A stretch of 64,000 nucleotides of DNA from contig CAWGMK010000006.1 in the NCBI GenBank assembly GCA_963823655.1, forward strand, positions 32,001 through 96,000, read 5' to 3'. Position numbers and translations under genes: made by a program. The DNA is from an uncultured Bacillota bacterium. GTDB lineage: Bacteria > Bacillota > DTU025 > MWDF01. Numbering within the stretch: position 1 is the stretch's first letter; each line of letters begins with the position of its first letter. The notes under the pieces were generated by a model. That model made no database searches and was not told where the DNA came from. It saw only the letters and a program-made list of their open reading frames with translations. Of the stretch, positions 10,033 to 20,729 are shown one piece after another.

Positions 10033-11019
10033 ATGGCCGATGGCAAGAATGGGACTGACCTCTTCGTAATAAAGGGCCTTACAAAGAGCTTCCCTGTGTG
10101 GACAGGTGCGCTTTTCAAGCCGTCCGGCTACATCAGCGCGGTCTCGGACGTCTCCTTCTGCATTAAAAGGGGAGAGACGCTGGGGCTGGTTGGCGAAAGC
10201 GGCTGCGGCAAGACCACGCTCGCCAGCATGCTGCTAAGGTTAGTCGAACCGACATCAGGAAGCATCGTCCTGGATGGTACGGAAGTTACGGGAATGAAAC
10301 CTGCCGAGCTCAGGAAGGCGAGGCTTGCCGCCCAGATGATATTCCAGGATCCTTATTCTTCGCTGTCACCAAGGCTGACGGCTGCCGAGATCGTCGAAGA
10401 GCCCCTCCTGGTCAACAAGCGCGGTACGAGGGCCGAGATGAGGGCTAGGGCGATGCAGCTGCTGGATATGGTAGGACTTACGGAAAGGGACGCCGCAAGC
10501 CTTGCAGGGCAGTTTTCGGGCGGTCAGAGGCAAAGGATAGGCATAGCGAGGGCGCTGGCCCTTGAACCTAAGTTCATCGTCTGCGACGAGCCCGTCTCAT
10601 CGCTTGACGTTTCTGTGCATGCGCACATAATCAACCTGCTGGTGGACCTTCAGGAGAGGCTTGGCCTTACTTATCTGTTCGTGGCCCACAACCTCGCCCT
10701 TGTCAGGCATGTCAGCGACAGGGTGGCCGTGATGTACCTGGGGAAGCTGGTCGAAATCGGGCCGTCCGAGTCGATATTCGAAAACCCCAGGCACCCGTAC
10801 ACCAAGGCGCTGATGGCGGCGGTCCCCGGTTTCGATCCGAGGAACAAAAGCGCAAAAGCCGTGCTTAAGGGCGAGGTGCCGAGCCCGTTGAACCCGCCCA
10901 AGGGGTGCAGGTTCCATCCGAGGTGCAGCTTCGCGATGCCCATATGCTCGGAGGTGGAGCCGGCGTCGGTGGATGACGGGGCCGGGCATATCGCCTGGTG
11001 CCATCTTGAGAGCAAATAG
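10033..11019 (+). CDS. oppF: Peptide ABC ATP-binding protein
   Basis: [36 protein letters not shown]. Confidence 0.93.
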   Translation: MADGKNGTDLFVIKGLTKSFPVWTGALFKPSGYISAVSDVSFCIKRGETLGLVGESGCGKTTLASMLLRLVEPTSGSIVLDGTEVTGMKPAELRKARLAAQMIFQDPYSSLSPRLTAAEIVEEPLLVNKRGTRAEMRARAMQLLDMVGLTERDAASLAGQFSGGQRQRIGIARALALEPKFIVCDEPVSSLDVSVHAHIINLLVDLQERLGLTYLFVAHNLALVRHVSDRVAVMYLGKLVEIGPSESIFENPRHPYTKALMAAVPGFDPRNKSAKAVLKGEVPSPLNPPKGCRFHPRCSFAMPICSEVEPASVDDGAGHIAWCHLESK

Positions 11020-11037
11020 GAGCGCATGAGATAAAGT

Positions 11038-11075
11038 AAAAAGGCCTGCTGCGATTATCATTGCGGCAGGCCTTT
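11038..11075. terminator. Bidirectional terminator between opp and corA
   Basis: AAAGGCCTGCTGCGA..TTGCGGCAGGCCTTT. Confidence 0.8.
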
Positions 11076-11098
11076 CAGATTGCAGAGGCAAATCTTAG

Positions 11099-12028
11099 TT
11101 AGAACAGCTTTTTCCTTATCATCACGATTACCGACACTATGGTCAGAATCACAGTCAGGATGACAGCGGATACGAAGCCGTAAGGGCTGTTCTGCCAGGG
11201 CAGGTGATAGTTAATGCCGAAGGTGCCCATAATTATCATGGGTACCGATAGGGCGACGGTTATGGCCGTTAGGAACTTCATTACCGCGTTGAGGTTGTTG
11301 TTAATGACCGATGTGAAGGCATCCTTAGTGCTCTCAATGATATCTGTGTAGATATTCGCCATGTCCCGGGCCTGCCTGTTCTCGACTATGATATCGTCGA
11401 GAAGGTCGGCGAGCTTGGGGTTGTTAGCAATCATAGAGGATGAGCGCAGCTTCTCCAGCGCCAGCTGGTTGCCGTTTACTGCGGTCCTTAGATATACCAA
11501 GGACTTCTCCAGGGTTAGGAAGTTCAGATATCAAGGAGTTCTTTATCCCAACGCCGATTTGGCCTTCCAGCTGGGTGTTCCTCTTGTCTATCAGGTAAAG
11601 GTCGCGTATGAAAAGCTCCGTTGCCCTTAGAAGGAGCCTTAAAAGCATGGCCTCGCTGGAGTCTACGGCGTGGTCTTTTACGGGCATGGCGACGAAGTCA
11701 TTTATTAGCTCGGTCTCGTCGCTTGATATCGTTATCGTCACTTTCGGGGTTATTGCGATCCCTAGCGCCAATACCCTCCACTCGTCATCGTCGTCAGCTT
11801 GGAGGTGTTGATGAAGAGCATGCTGTAATCCTTCTCGGGGCTGAACCTGGGCATCTCATACTCGTCCAGGCCGGCGCAAAGATCGTCCATATTGATGCCA
11901 TAGGAAGAGGAAAGGCCCTGAAGCTCATCGGATGTCGGGTTCACCGCCCTGATCCATCGGGCCTCGGCAGGGCTCGTTTCTGCCCACTTCCCGTCCTTCA
12001 AGGAGTAGTTCTTGATCAATTGAAGCAC
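11099..12028 (-). CDS. corA: CorA-family Mg2+/divalent cation transporter (two frameshifts, near 11525 and 11765)
   Basis: WIRAVNPT at the N-terminus; NNNLNAVMKFLT and a GIN variant of the GMN motif; three successive ORF pieces. Confidence 0.85.
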
Positions 12029-12086
12029 CTCTTTCGCGCGGCCTGGTATGCAGTCCGCAAGGTTTGCACAAGCTAATATTAAAGAG

Positions 12087-12115
12087 AAGGGGCGGGAATC
12101 CCCTCCCCGCCCCTT
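12087..12115 (-). terminator. Terminator after the distal potD copy
   Basis: AAGGGGCGGG..CCCGCCCCTT stem. Confidence 0.7.
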
Positions 12116-12133
12116 AGCATATCAGGCAAAAAG

Positions 12134-13238
12134 CTAATTGGACTTGATTTCTGTCCAGGCCTGGTCGTAAAGCTCCGTGCCTTCTTCTATGTCGATACCG
12201 AACTCGCTTCCCTCGAAGACATTTCCGTCCGGATACGCTGCTTTATTGTCCCTTACCTCCTGGGGAAGAAGCTGCTTGACCGCGGCATTGGGAGTGGAGT
12301 ATCCCACGGCTACCGTGTTCCTCAGACCGACTTCGGCATCAAGCATGAAGTTGATGAACTTGTGCGCCATGTCCGGGTTCTGGGCCGTCTTGGGCACTGC
12401 CATGTAATCTACCCATACTCCGGTGCCCTCCTTGGGGATCACGTACTTGAACTTGGGGCTTTCGGACATGAGAAGGAAAGCGTCCCCGGACCATGCCATG
12501 GACATGACTGCGTCGCCCGCCAAGCAAGGCATCCTTGTAGGCGTCGATGTCGTATGAGCGGACCATGGGCTTCTGGTTGATGAGGGCCTGCTTGGCAAGC
12601 TCGATTTCGGCAGGGTTTACGCTGTTCATCGAGAAGCCGAGCATCTTGAGGGTCAGGCCGATAGTGTCCCTCATGCTGTCGAACATGATGACCTTGCCGA
12701 AGTACTTGAGATTGTGAAGAGCCCACCAGCTGTCGACTGGCTCCTCAACCAGCTCGGAGTTGTATAGTATGCCGACCGTGCCCCAGAAGTAGGGGGCGGA
12801 ATACTTGTCATCCGGATCGCATGAGAGGCCCTTGAACATTGGGTCGATGTTTGAGGAGTTTGCGATTTTCGTGCCGTCCAGAGGCAGAAGCAGATCCTGC
12901 GCGATAAGAACCTGCAGCATGTAGGCACTGGGGAATATCACGTCGTAGACGTTCCCGCCTGCCTTCAGCTTAGCGAGCATCTCCTCGTTGGTCGAATATG
13001 TTTCGTAGATCACATCGACCTTGAATTCCTTCTCGAAATCGTCAATTATGGCAGGGTCTATGTACTCTCCGAAATTGTACACGTTAAGGGTGGGTTTCTT
13101 GCCGATATAGCCCAGCTTATAGGCGCCGAACAGGACGGCTGCAATCAACACCAGCACCAATACTATTCCAATAACCAGCTTAGATTTCAAAATATTCAGC
13201 TTCCTCCCGTATCTATATGGGGCGGAGGGCTCGCCCAT
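12134..13238 (-). CDS. potD: Spermidine/putrescine-binding protein, distal copy (frameshift near 12525; true start probably near 13190-13199)
   Basis: LNVYNFGEYID, PYFWGTVGILYN, AWSGDA, PKEGT, YDQAWTEIK. Confidence 0.88.
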
Positions 13239-13311
13239 CGCCCGGATGACGCTATTATATCAAATATTTTGTATATGTTATTATCCCAAGCAAAAGGCAT
13301 CGGAAAGTGCA

Positions 13312-13340
13312 AAAAGAAAAGGCAGCCGTCGCCGGCTGCC
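13312..13340 (-). terminator. Intrinsic terminator between the two potD genes
   Basis: GGCAGCCG..CGGCTGCC stem followed by a U-tract on the minus strand. Confidence 0.75.
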
Positions 13341-13359
13341 CATAAGTTGCGTTCCCTGC

Positions 13360-14406
13360 TTAGTTGGACTTAATCTCGGTCCATATCCTGTCGTACAGCT
13401 CAGTTGCCTCTTTAATGTCCACTTGGACATCGTTCGTCTCGAAGACGTTGCCCAGAGGGTACACGACCTCGTTGTTGCGAACGTCCTCCGGAAGCAGCTC
13501 CTGAGCTGCCTTGTTCGGGGTCGAGTAGCCGATATATTCTGCAAGCTGCGCGCCAATTTCAGGCCTGAGGATGAAGTCCATGAATTTGTAGGCCTCGTCC
13601 TTGTTCTTTGCCGACTTGGGTATTGCCATCGAATTGACCCAGACGTTCGTGCCCTCTTTGGGCAATACGTACTTGAACGCGGGGTTCTCCCCGACGACCT
13701 TGAACGCGTCGCCGGACCAGGCCATCGAAAGCAGGGCGTCGCCGGCCAATAGCGGATCCTCATATCCGTCCACAGTGTAGGAGTGCAGAAGCGCCTTCTG
13801 CTGTGTCAATATCTGCTTGACCTCCTCCAGCTGCGCAGGATCGGTGCTGTTCAGGGAGTAGCCGAGCATCTTCAAGGTGACGCCGATGGTATCCCTCACG
13901 GAGTCGAACATTATGATCTTGCCTGTGTACTTGGGATCGAACATGGCCCTCCAGCTGTCGATCTCCGTGCCGATGGCCTCGGCGTTGTAGAGTATGCCTA
14001 TCGTGCCCCAGAAATAGGGGACGGAGTATTTGTTGCCGGGATCGCTCTCTAGGTTGGTGAATTGAGGATCCAGGTTCGAGAAATTCTTTACCTTGCTAAG
14101 GTCGATTTCCGAAAGCAGATCCTGTGCCAGGAACACTTCCAGCATATTGGTGCTGGGGATGACTATATCGTAGTTCGTGCCGCCCGCCTTAAGCTTTGCA
14201 AGCAGCTCCTCATTTGTGGAGTAGACTTCATAGACGACTTTTATCTTGGTCTCTTCCTCGAAGGCCTCTAGAACCGCGGGGTCCATGTAATCGCCCCAGT
14301 TGTAAATGTTCACTGTAGCCTGTTTGCCGCAGCCTCCTGCGAAAGCGGCGGAGAGGAGGAGCAAGGAAACCACCAACAATACTCTGAATTTCATCGACAC
14401 CAGCAC
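13360..14406 (-). CDS. potD: Spermidine/putrescine-binding lipoprotein
   Basis: Lipobox-like AGGC; NIYNWGDYMD, PYFWGTIG, YSTPN. Confidence 0.92.
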   Translation of the reverse strand: MLVSMKFRVLLVVSLLLLSAAFAGGCGKQATVNIYNWGDYMDPAVLEAFEEETKIKVVYEVYSTNEELLAKLKAGGTNYDIVIPSTNMLEVFLAQDLLSEIDLSKVKNFSNLDPQFTNLESDPGNKYSVPYFWGTIGILYNAEAIGTEIDSWRAMFDPKYTGKIIMFDSVRDTIGVTLKMLGYSLNSTDPAQLEEVKQILTQQKALLHSYTVDGYEDPLLAGDALLSMAWSGDAFKVVGENPAFKYVLPKEGTNVWVNSMAIPKSAKNKDEAYKFMDFILRPEIGAQLAEYIGYSTPNKAAQELLPEDVRNNEVVYPLGNVFETNDVQVDIKEATELYDRIWTEIKSN

Positions 14407-14635
14407 CCTTCTTTTTCAATTCCTGATGATGCAATTATATACAAATGGGCCCACATGTAAAGCGGAAATTTCCTGCTGCTAAAATGCCTGCATCAAGGCA
14501 TGTTTCTGCTTTGCAATCCCCAAATCGAAAACCGGTATTGCCGCAATCTCAACGGCCCTTATCAAAAAGCGATGCCAGCGCGGTTAACTTCACGCTGGCA
14601 GGTTGATTTACTTAAACAATGCCCATCCTTTGGGC

Positions 14636-15412
14636 CTAGACCTCGGGCTTCTTCCTGTCCCTTGCCTGTATGACCAGGAGGAGCAGGAATATGGTGACGA
14701 AGATTATCGTGGTCAGCGCGTTTATTTTCGGCGTCACGCCCACCTTCGTCATGGAGTATATCTTGATGGCTAGCGTATTCACGCCAGATCCTGTAGTGAA
14801 GAAGCTAATCAGGAAGTCGTCCAACGATAGGGTGAAGGAGAGCAGCATGCCGGTCATGACTCCGGGCATGATCTCAGGCAAAATCACCTTCCAGAACGCC
14901 TGCGAAGGAGTTGCCCCAAGGTCCATGGCGGCCTCTTCCAGGTTGGGGTTGAGCTGATACAGCTTTGGCAAGACCGCAATCACCACGAATGGCACACAGA
15001 ATGTGACGTGGGACAGGATTATGCTCCAAAATCCCAAAGGAAGGCCAATGCCGACGTATAGGGCCAGCAACGAGACGCCGATTACTATCTCAGGATAGGT
15101 CACCGGCAGATATGTCATGTTGACCATGAAGTTCTTCAACTTGGGCTTCATCGCGTATATGCCGATCGCGGCCATCGTCCCGAGAACGGTAGCGCTGAAA
15201 GAGGAGGCTACAGCTATCACCAGCGTGTTCCTCAAGGCGTCCATTATGCTGCGGTCCTGGAAGAGCTCGGTGTACCAGTTGAGCGTGAAACCCTCCCAGT
15301 TGCCCCTGTACCTGGAGTTATTGAAAGAATATATGATCAGAAGTATTATCGGCAGGTACATGAATGTATATATCAGCCCTGCATAAACCCATTTGCCGAA
15401 CTTGTTTACCAC
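14636..15412 (-). CDS. potC: Spermidine/putrescine ABC permease
   Basis: YSFN, LEEAAMDLGA, FTLSLDDF. Confidence 0.93.
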   Translation of the reverse strand: MVNKFGKWVYAGLIYTFMYLPIILLIIYSFNNSRYRGNWEGFTLNWYTELFQDRSIMDALRNTLVIAVASSFSATVLGTMAAIGIYAMKPKLKNFMVNMTYLPVTYPEIVIGVSLLALYVGIGLPLGFWSIILSHVTFCVPFVVIAVLPKLYQLNPNLEEAAMDLGATPSQAFWKVILPEIMPGVMTGMLLSFTLSLDDFLISFFTTGSGVNTLAIKIYSMTKVGVTPKINALTTIIFVTIFLLLLVIQARDRKKPEV

Positions 15413-16245
15413 AGCATCTCACTCTCCTCGCTCCTGTAACGGCTTGATAGGAGGGTGATTACCAGGACCATGGCTATCATGACAGTTGATATGGCCGAGC
15501 CGAACTGCCAGTTGCGCGCCGACAGGAACTGGTTTTGTATGAGATTGCCCAGCATCATGGTCTGCCCGCCGCCTAAAAGGTCCGAGATGATGAAAGTGGA
15601 GAGAGCCGGCATGAACACCATGATGATCCCGCTTACGATGCCGGGGAAGCTCAAAGGCAGTATCACTTTCACGAAAGTCTGGGCGGGATTTGCGCCAAGG
15701 TCATTGGCGGCGTCAATATGGCCCTGCTCCATCTTGACCAGCACTGAGTATATGGGAAGCACCATGAAGGGCAGGAAGTTGTACACCATACCGATTAGTA
15801 CAGCCCCTTCGGTATACAAGAGCTTAAGTGGCTCGTCGATTATGCCGATCCACATTAGCACCTGGTTGAAGAAGCCGTTCTCCCTCAGCAGGCCCATCCA
15901 CGCGTACGTTCTGAGAAGGAAGTTGGTCCACAGCGGAAGCACAAAAAGCATGACCATGAAGTTCCTGGCCCTGTCCTGGGCGCGGGATACTATCCATGCC
16001 ATTGGGTATCCTATGAGCAGGCAAAGCGCCGTGGATGCCACTGCCATGGCTATTGAGCGCCACAGCACTTTCAGGTAAATGGGCTGGAAGAACTTGACGT
16101 AGTTTTCGGTCGTGAACTTGAAAACTATGTCGCCATAGGGTGTGCGCTCGCAGAAGCTGTATACAAGTATGATCAAGAGCGGCACTATGCTGAACACTAA
16201 TGTCCAGACAATATAAGGCACGGCAAGGATCTTCTTGTTAGTCAC
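15406..16245 (-). CDS. potB: Spermidine/putrescine ABC permease
   Basis: LPLWTNFLLRTYAW, YNFLPFMVLP, AANDLGA. Confidence 0.93.
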   Translation of the reverse strand: MTNKKILAVPYIVWTLVFSIVPLLIILVYSFCERTPYGDIVFKFTTENYVKFFQPIYLKVLWRSIAMAVASTALCLLIGYPMAWIVSRAQDRARNFMVMLFVLPLWTNFLLRTYAWMGLLRENGFFNQVLMWIGIIDEPLKLLYTEGAVLIGMVYNFLPFMVLPIYSVLVKMEQGHIDAANDLGANPAQTFVKVILPLSFPGIVSGIIMVFMPALSTFIISDLLGGGQTMMLGNLIQNQFLSARNWQFGSAISTVMIAMVLVITLLSSRYRSEESEMLW

Positions 16246-16247
16246 TC

Positions 16248-17573
16248 CTAGCGCACCTCCGTCCCGTCGGGGTCATCAGCCCCAATTCCATACCGGATGG
16301 TTATCGGCTTCGACATATCGAACGGCTCGTCCGTCCTCAGGACCCAGGTCCTCTTGATGTCCTCGGTGTATACGTTCGTGATGTGCTTGCCCTGGGCAGT
16401 CGTATGCAGCTTGGGGACGGCTTGCATGGTCCCCTTGCCAGATTTCACGTAATCCTCGCTGTCCTGGGTTATCCAGAGCTCGCCTTTAATCTTATTGCCG
16501 GCCTGCTCGAAGGAAGCAGGCAGCATGTAGTCAGGGCTCACCAGCATGATCTGTATTGCGTCGGGGGAGAAGTCGATGCCCATCCTGGAGCCGATCTCCG
16601 CGTTCTTGGTGTTCTGTACTATCCAGTCGTAGCCCGAATCGTCGCGGACTACGATCTCGTAGTGCACGCCCTTGAAGACGACGCTTTCGACGACGCCGTT
16701 GGCCATGCCCTGGTGCTCTTTGACCATCTCCAGGTCCTCAGGACGGACCAACAGCTCGACGAACTGGTCCTTCTCATAGCCCTTGTCGACGCAGTCCCAG
16801 AGCTCGCCGATGCACTCCACCTTGTAGTCGTCCCTCATGACTGCATAGAGCATGTTGGCCTCACCGATGAAGTCCGCCACATAGTGGTTGATGGGCTCGT
16901 TGTAAATATTTATCGCGGTGTCGTCCTGCTGGATGACGCCGTCTTTCATCACTATGACCCTGTCGGACATGGTGAGGGCTTCCTCCTGGTCATGCGTGAC
17001 ATAGAGGAATGTAATCCCCAAGCGCTTCTGCATGCGCTTCAGCTCAAGCTGCATGTCCTTCCTGAGCTGGAGGTCCAGTGCGCCCAAAGGCTCGTCGAGC
17101 AACAGCACCTGCGGCTCGTTGACCAGGGCCCTTGCGATGGCCACCCTCTGCTGCTGGCCGCCCGATAGGAACTGCACTCTGCGGCGCTCGAAGCCCTCCA
17201 GGTTTACCAGCTTGAGCATCGCTTTGACCTTCTCTTTGATCTCTTCCTTCGGCGCGTTCTTCAGCTTGAGGCCGAAGGCGATGTTGTCGAAGATGTTGAG
17301 GTGGGGGAAGAGGGCGTACTTCTGGAAGACCGTATTCAGCTTCCTCTTATAGGGAGGGACGTCCGTGACATCTACTCCGTCGAAGAACACCTTGCCGCTC
17401 GTGGGCGTAAGAAAACCCCCTAGTATGCGGAGCATCGTGGACTTCCCGCATCCGGAGGGCCCTAGCAGCGTAACAAATTCCTTGTGTCTGATTTGCAGGT
17501 TGATGCCGGACAAAGCCTCGGCATCCTCGAATTTCATAGATACGTCCCTAAGCTCCAGGATGTACCTTTCCAT
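16248..17573 (-). CDS. potA: Spermidine/putrescine ABC ATP-binding protein with C-terminal extension
   Basis: GPSGCGKS, VFQKYALFPH, LSGGQQQRVA, TOBE-like C-terminus. Confidence 0.93.
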   Translation of the reverse strand: MERYILELRDVSMKFEDAEALSGINLQIRHKEFVTLLGPSGCGKSTMLRILGGFLTPTSGKVFFDGVDVTDVPPYKRKLNTVFQKYALFPHLNIFDNIAFGLKLKNAPKEEIKEKVKAMLKLVNLEGFERRRVQFLSGGQQQRVAIARALVNEPQVLLLDEPLGALDLQLRKDMQLELKRMQKRLGITFLYVTHDQEEALTMSDRVIVMKDGVIQQDDTAINIYNEPINHYVADFIGEANMLYAVMRDDYKVECIGELWDCVDKGYEKDQFVELLVRPEDLEMVKEHQGMANGVVESVVFKGVHYEIVVRDDSGYDWIVQNTKNAEIGSRMGIDFSPDAIQIMLVSPDYMLPASFEQAGNKIKGELWITQDSEDYVKSGKGTMQAVPKLHTTAQGKHITNVYTEDIKRTWVLRTDEPFDMSKPITIRYGIGADDPDGTEVR

Positions 17574-17762
17574 ATAGCATCATAACCCTCCATCCGGCGG
17601 CATTTCCGCATAAAACGCGCACATGATTCTCAAGAAGAATCAAATCAAAGAATGCGACATAAAAGCCTAAATGTCAATACTTTGAAGCACATATCGAATA
17701 TGCCGCGGTGCAGGGAAGGAAAGGCTATTCGCCCCGTAGCTGCACTGATGAGCGTCAAGGTA

Positions 17763-18161
17763 TTAATGCTTTAGCTCATGTTTGTCCTGCATCAGGACAA
17801 GGGGCACGGGGCCTGACCAACCCGTAAGGGTGGAAAGCCACAGGTTTCCGTGCTGCATCGCCGGATGCACGAGCAACTGTACATAGGGCGGCTTGCCAAG
17901 GAGCGCGACATCACCTTGGTAATGGTAATGCCCCTCCATCTTGGCGCTGAGGATCTCATGCCCTGAGCCCTTCTCCCTTACTACATAGGTCATGTGGACG
18001 ATTACATTCTGTTCGGAAGGCCTGCTGACTTCCTTTACGCCCACGGATGCCTCCAGGTTCATGCTGCCCTGGCGGCCCTGCCAAAGCGGTGCAGTGTCGA
18101 AGCTTAGGCCTTTAAGCACTACTCTTATCAGCATCAGGTCCTTGGGGTTGGGGTTTTCCAT
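17763..18161 (-). CDS. Divergent SecB-like chaperone (hypothetical)
   Basis: AGGAGG RBS; about 130 aa; LIRVVLKGLSF at the N-terminus and LSTLTGWSGPVPLVL at the C-terminus resemble SecB patterns. Confidence 0.45.
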   Translation of the reverse strand: MENPNPKDLMLIRVVLKGLSFDTAPLWQGRQGSMNLEASVGVKEVSRPSEQNVIVHMTYVVREKGSGHEILSAKMEGHYHYQGDVALLGKPPYVQLLVHPAMQHGNLWLSTLTGWSGPVPLVLMQDKHELKH

Positions 18162-18252
18162 CTTCCTGACCTCCTGAGCTTGTTTAGGAAAATGCCCCCT
18201 GGGAGGCAACATACCGCACAGGGGGCACGATCGATTTGCTTTGGAGTATCTT

Positions 18253-20697
18253 CTACCTGGCGGCTTTTAGCTGTTCGATCTGGGCTATGGACCTGTCGCC
18301 GTAAGTCTTCTTCCTTGCGGTCTGGGTTAAGAAAACGATTGCGATTATTGCAAGTCCCACGCCGTTAACAACAAGTTCTCCGGGCAGGCTGTAGAAGAAG
18401 TCCTTTGCATTGACTATCGTTGCTTCGATAGGCTTGATGAAGGCGAATATCTCCATCACGCCGTGGAAGAACTGGGAGCCGCCTATCATGGCGAGCCCTC
18501 CGATTATGGCGAGTACCCTCTCCCACCAGGGCGCAATTGTCTTAAACCATCCTTGCACACCTACTGCGATGAAGGTCATACCGAGCACTGCCGTCACAAG
18601 GTTGAATATTGTAATGAAGGAGAAGAAGCTTTGGTTGATCATCAGCAGGTTCGTATTATACACGAAGCAATAGGGCACCATGAAGGCCGCAATAGACAGC
18701 TTCGTCGCATTCACGCCCGTCTTGAACGGGTCCGCTTTCGCAATGCCCGCTCCGGCGAATGCGGCAAGTGCCACTGGAGGGGTGACGTCGGCGATGATGC
18801 CGAAGTAGAACACGAACAGATGTGCCGCTAGCGCCTGCTCTCGGCCTATAAGGCCAATAATGGCGGGGGCTGCTATCGTCGATGTTATAACGTAGTTTGC
18901 CGTCGTCGGAACGCCCATGCCAAGGATGATCGAAGTGATCATCGTGAAGAACATGGTTAACAGCAGCTGGTTGTTCGCAAGCTCAACAAGGCCGGTGCCA
19001 AGCTTCAGGCCAAGTCCCGTCATTGTAACGACGCCGACTATCATACCGGCAGACGCACACGCAACGGCCACGCCCAACGCGCCTCTTGAACCGTCGACTA
19101 TCGCCTGGAAAAGCTTAGTCAGATGTATCCTGGGCTCTCCGCCGATTGCATTGACGAGGAAGTAGGAGGCTATTCCCATTATTGCCCCCTTGCTAACATC
19201 GCTGTAAACGGCATAGACGACCCCGAAAGTGATTATCGGTAGGATCAGCCTTCCCCACTTGGTCATGAAGTGAACAAGCGCGGTCCCGGGGTTGGCCTTG
19301 CCGAGCATGTAGACGATCGCAAAATAGGCCGCTATTGGCACAAGTGCAATCAATAGCAGGTCCAATATGGGCAGCTTCAGGAACGCGTTTGCCACATACA
19401 GCGCCGCTATCATGGCAATCACTATGCCGGTAACGGTCTGGAAGGACTTGCTCTCCCACTTGCCGACTTCCTTCCAATTGATGGCGTAGTCGCGCTTGAA
19501 GCAGCCAGCTACCACTGACAATATTATGCCGTAAAGGGCCGACTTCATCGCGGAGACTCCGGTGGACAGGAAGAACACGATCGCAATTACAGGCAATAAC
19601 AGCTGTACCTGGGTTCTAAGCAGATTCCAAATCTTGGGCATCTCTTCCTTGGGAAGGCCCTTAAGCCCCTGTTTCTTCGCCTCGAAATGCACGCCGAGGA
19701 AGACGCCGGTGAAATACAAGATGGCGGGGATAACGGCGGCTTTCGCTATTGTCGCATAAGGGACGCCCAGAAATTCGCTCATCAGGAATGCGGCGGCTCC
19801 CATGACGGGGGGCATGATCTGCCCGCCTGTCGACGCGCTTGCCTCGACAGCGCCTGCGAATTCTCCACGATAGCCCAGGCTCTTCATCATAGGAATAGTG
19901 AAGCTGCCGGTGCCGACGACGTTGGCGACGGAGCTTCCGGATATCGTGCCCTGAAGGGCCGATGAGATGACCGCGACTTTAGCGGGGCCGCCAGTAGCGG
20001 CTCCTGCTATGGAGTTGCCGAAGTCGATGAAGAACTTGCCGATGCCCGTCTTCTCAAGGAAGGAGCCGAACATGATGAACAGGAAGATGAAGGTAGACGA
20101 GACGCCCAGCGGGACGCCTAGTATTCCTTCTCCTGTGTAGAGCATGTATGAGGTAAGGCGCTCGAAGCGCACGCCCCTGTGCCTTAAGAACGACGGCATG
20201 GATTTTCCGAAGTATGCATATAGAAGGAAAGTAACTACGACTATCAAAATCGGCAGGCCGACGACTCTTCTTGCTGCCTCCAACACGAGCAGTATTGCAA
20301 GGGTTGCAAATACAACGTCTGCGGTGTTGTTCATTCCTGATCTCATGACAAGGTTGTCATACTGGCTCATATAATAGAAGGTTATGCATGCGCCGGTAAT
20401 AGAAAGAATGGCGTCATACCAGGCGAACTTGCGCCTTCCTTTGGGGGACGCGGGATAGAGCAGGAAAACAAGAGAGAGCACGAATCCCAGGTGGATTATC
20501 CTCTGAAGCGGGACTTCTCCGGTAAAAGCCGTCCAGAGCTGCCAGCAGCCCCATACGAACAGCAATGCGGTAATGATTTTTGTTAGCAGAGGACCGGTCT
20601 TCCTTGTGGCCAATTCCTTGTCGAATTTGGCCAGAAGTTCCTCTACATCCACTGGGGCATCTTCGACTTGGACCTTCTTGATATCTTCTGAAGACAC
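18253..20697 (-). CDS. TRAP transporter 4TM/12TM fused permease (TAXI type)
   Basis: GGPAKVAV, SGSSVANV, ASTGGQIMPPVMGAAAF, LGMGVPTTANY, TPPVALAAF. Confidence 0.93.
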   Translation of the reverse strand: MSSEDIKKVQVEDAPVDVEELLAKFDKELATRKTGPLLTKIITALLFVWGCWQLWTAFTGEVPLQRIIHLGFVLSLVFLLYPASPKGRRKFAWYDAILSITGACITFYYMSQYDNLVMRSGMNNTADVVFATLAILLVLEAARRVVGLPILIVVVTFLLYAYFGKSMPSFLRHRGVRFERLTSYMLYTGEGILGVPLGVSSTFIFLFIMFGSFLEKTGIGKFFIDFGNSIAGAATGGPAKVAVISSALQGTISGSSVANVVGTGSFTIPMMKSLGYRGEFAGAVEASASTGGQIMPPVMGAAAFLMSEFLGVPYATIAKAAVIPAILYFTGVFLGVHFEAKKQGLKGLPKEEMPKIWNLLRTQVQLLLPVIAIVFFLSTGVSAMKSALYGIILSVVAGCFKRDYAINWKEVGKWESKSFQTVTGIVIAMIAALYVANAFLKLPILDLLLIALVPIAAYFAIVYMLGKANPGTALVHFMTKWGRLILPIITFGVVYAVYSDVSKGAIMGIASYFLVNAIGGEPRIHLTKLFQAIVDGSRGALGVAVACASAGMIVGVVTMTGLGLKLGTGLVELANNQLLLTMFFTMITSIILGMGVPTTANYVITSTIAAPAIIGLIGREQALAAHLFVFYFGIIADVTPPVALAAFAGAGIAKADPFKTGVNATKLSIAAFMVPYCFVYNTNLLMINQSFFSFITIFNLVTAVLGMTFIAVGVQGWFKTIAPWWERVLAIIGGLAMIGGSQFFHGVMEIFAFIKPIEATIVNAKDFFYSLPGELVVNGVGLAIIAIVFLTQTARKKTYGDRSIAQIEQLKAAR

Positions 20698-20729
20698 TAG
20701 AGTATACCCCCCTTATTTTGCTGCGGCCG

